The notes under the pieces are model-generated. The model had not been told where the DNA came from. It saw nothing but the letters and a program-made list of their open reading frames with translations, and ran no database searches. From Candidatus Kerfeldbacteria bacterium (lineage in GTDB: Bacteria; Patescibacteriota; Patescibacteriia; UBA9570; XYC2-FULL-38-9), in contig JBDRKW010000005.1 in NCBI GenBank assembly GCA_043813585.1, positions 3,409 to 67,408 on the forward strand: 64,000 bases of DNA, given 5' to 3'. Position numbers and translations under genes: made by a program. The stretch's first letter is position 1. Each line of letters begins with the position of its first letter. Below are positions 63,927-64,000 of this stretch, in pieces.

Positions 63927-64000
63927 TCCATGCCCCCTTCAAAGGCAAAGCGCAGAATATGCGCGGTGTTTATGAGGTGTTTCCACATACTACCATCAAT

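Noticed and set aside
1-64000. CRISPR arrays, rRNA genes, IS elements with terminal inverted repeats
   Set aside because: No regularly spaced repeats were seen. No rRNA-like conserved stretches. No transposase-like ORFs.

Overview
This is a bacterial chromosomal segment of about 50% GC (estimated by eye). One strand partition is not evident: the window is densely coding on both strands and contains no rRNA or CRISPR array.

Housekeeping genes recognised from conserved motifs:
- ruvB, queA, tsaD and valS
- a short-form yidC insertase
- a PilB/GspE-type type IV pilus ATPase
- a DHH/DHHA1 NrnA-like phosphoesterase
- an Hsp20 small heat-shock protein
- an ECF sigma factor
- an RND transporter
- a DsbA-like oxidoreductase
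- a clan GH-A glycoside hydrolase
- a PurM-like gene

A cell-envelope polysaccharide operon lies on the minus strand: two O-antigen-ligase-like (Wzy_C) paralogs, a GT4 glycosyltransferase and a Wzx flippase, translationally coupled.

Two tRNA genes are present: tRNA-Glu(UUC) at 17688-17759 and tRNA-Met/Ile2(CAU) at 46051-46124.

Expression signals are unusually clean. Many genes are preceded by near-consensus TTGACA-17-TATAAT promoters whose -10 ends only 6-9 nt before the ATG, which suggests frequent leaderless mRNAs.

Observations worth follow-up:
1. The 3' end of tRNA-Glu plus an adjacent terminator hairpin is repeated four times across about 6.7 kb (17742-24449). This looks like att-site remnants of tandem integrations.
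   - The modules carry a radical SAM/SPASM protein, a third Wzy_C-like membrane protein, a tail-fibre-like repeat protein and a PD40-repeat protein.
   - No integrase is present.
2. A G9/C9 homopolymer sits exactly in the 17-nt spacer of the promoter of the tail-fibre-like gene. This is a candidate phase-variation switch.
3. At least seven single-gene islets are markedly GC- and GC3-rich and sit in native-looking promoter/RBS contexts.
   - They are six hypotheticals and the PurM-like gene; one of them is a Cys-rich secreted peptide abutting tRNA-Met.
   - This points to repeated acquisition from a high-GC donor.
4. Three tandem large secreted beta-helix/LamG proteins share a PEF/PEP-CTERM-like C-terminal sorting signal. 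No cognate sortase is recognised in the window.
5. A T-box leader (AGGUGGUACCGCC plus a terminator hairpin) lies upstream of an HD-domain gene and valS.
6. A promoter-plus-terminator-bounded intergenic transcript of about 230 nt lies between ruvB and a VanW-like gene. It is a candidate sRNA.

All coordinates were derived by hand; starts were re-evaluated against promoter and RBS context where stated. No database searches were run.
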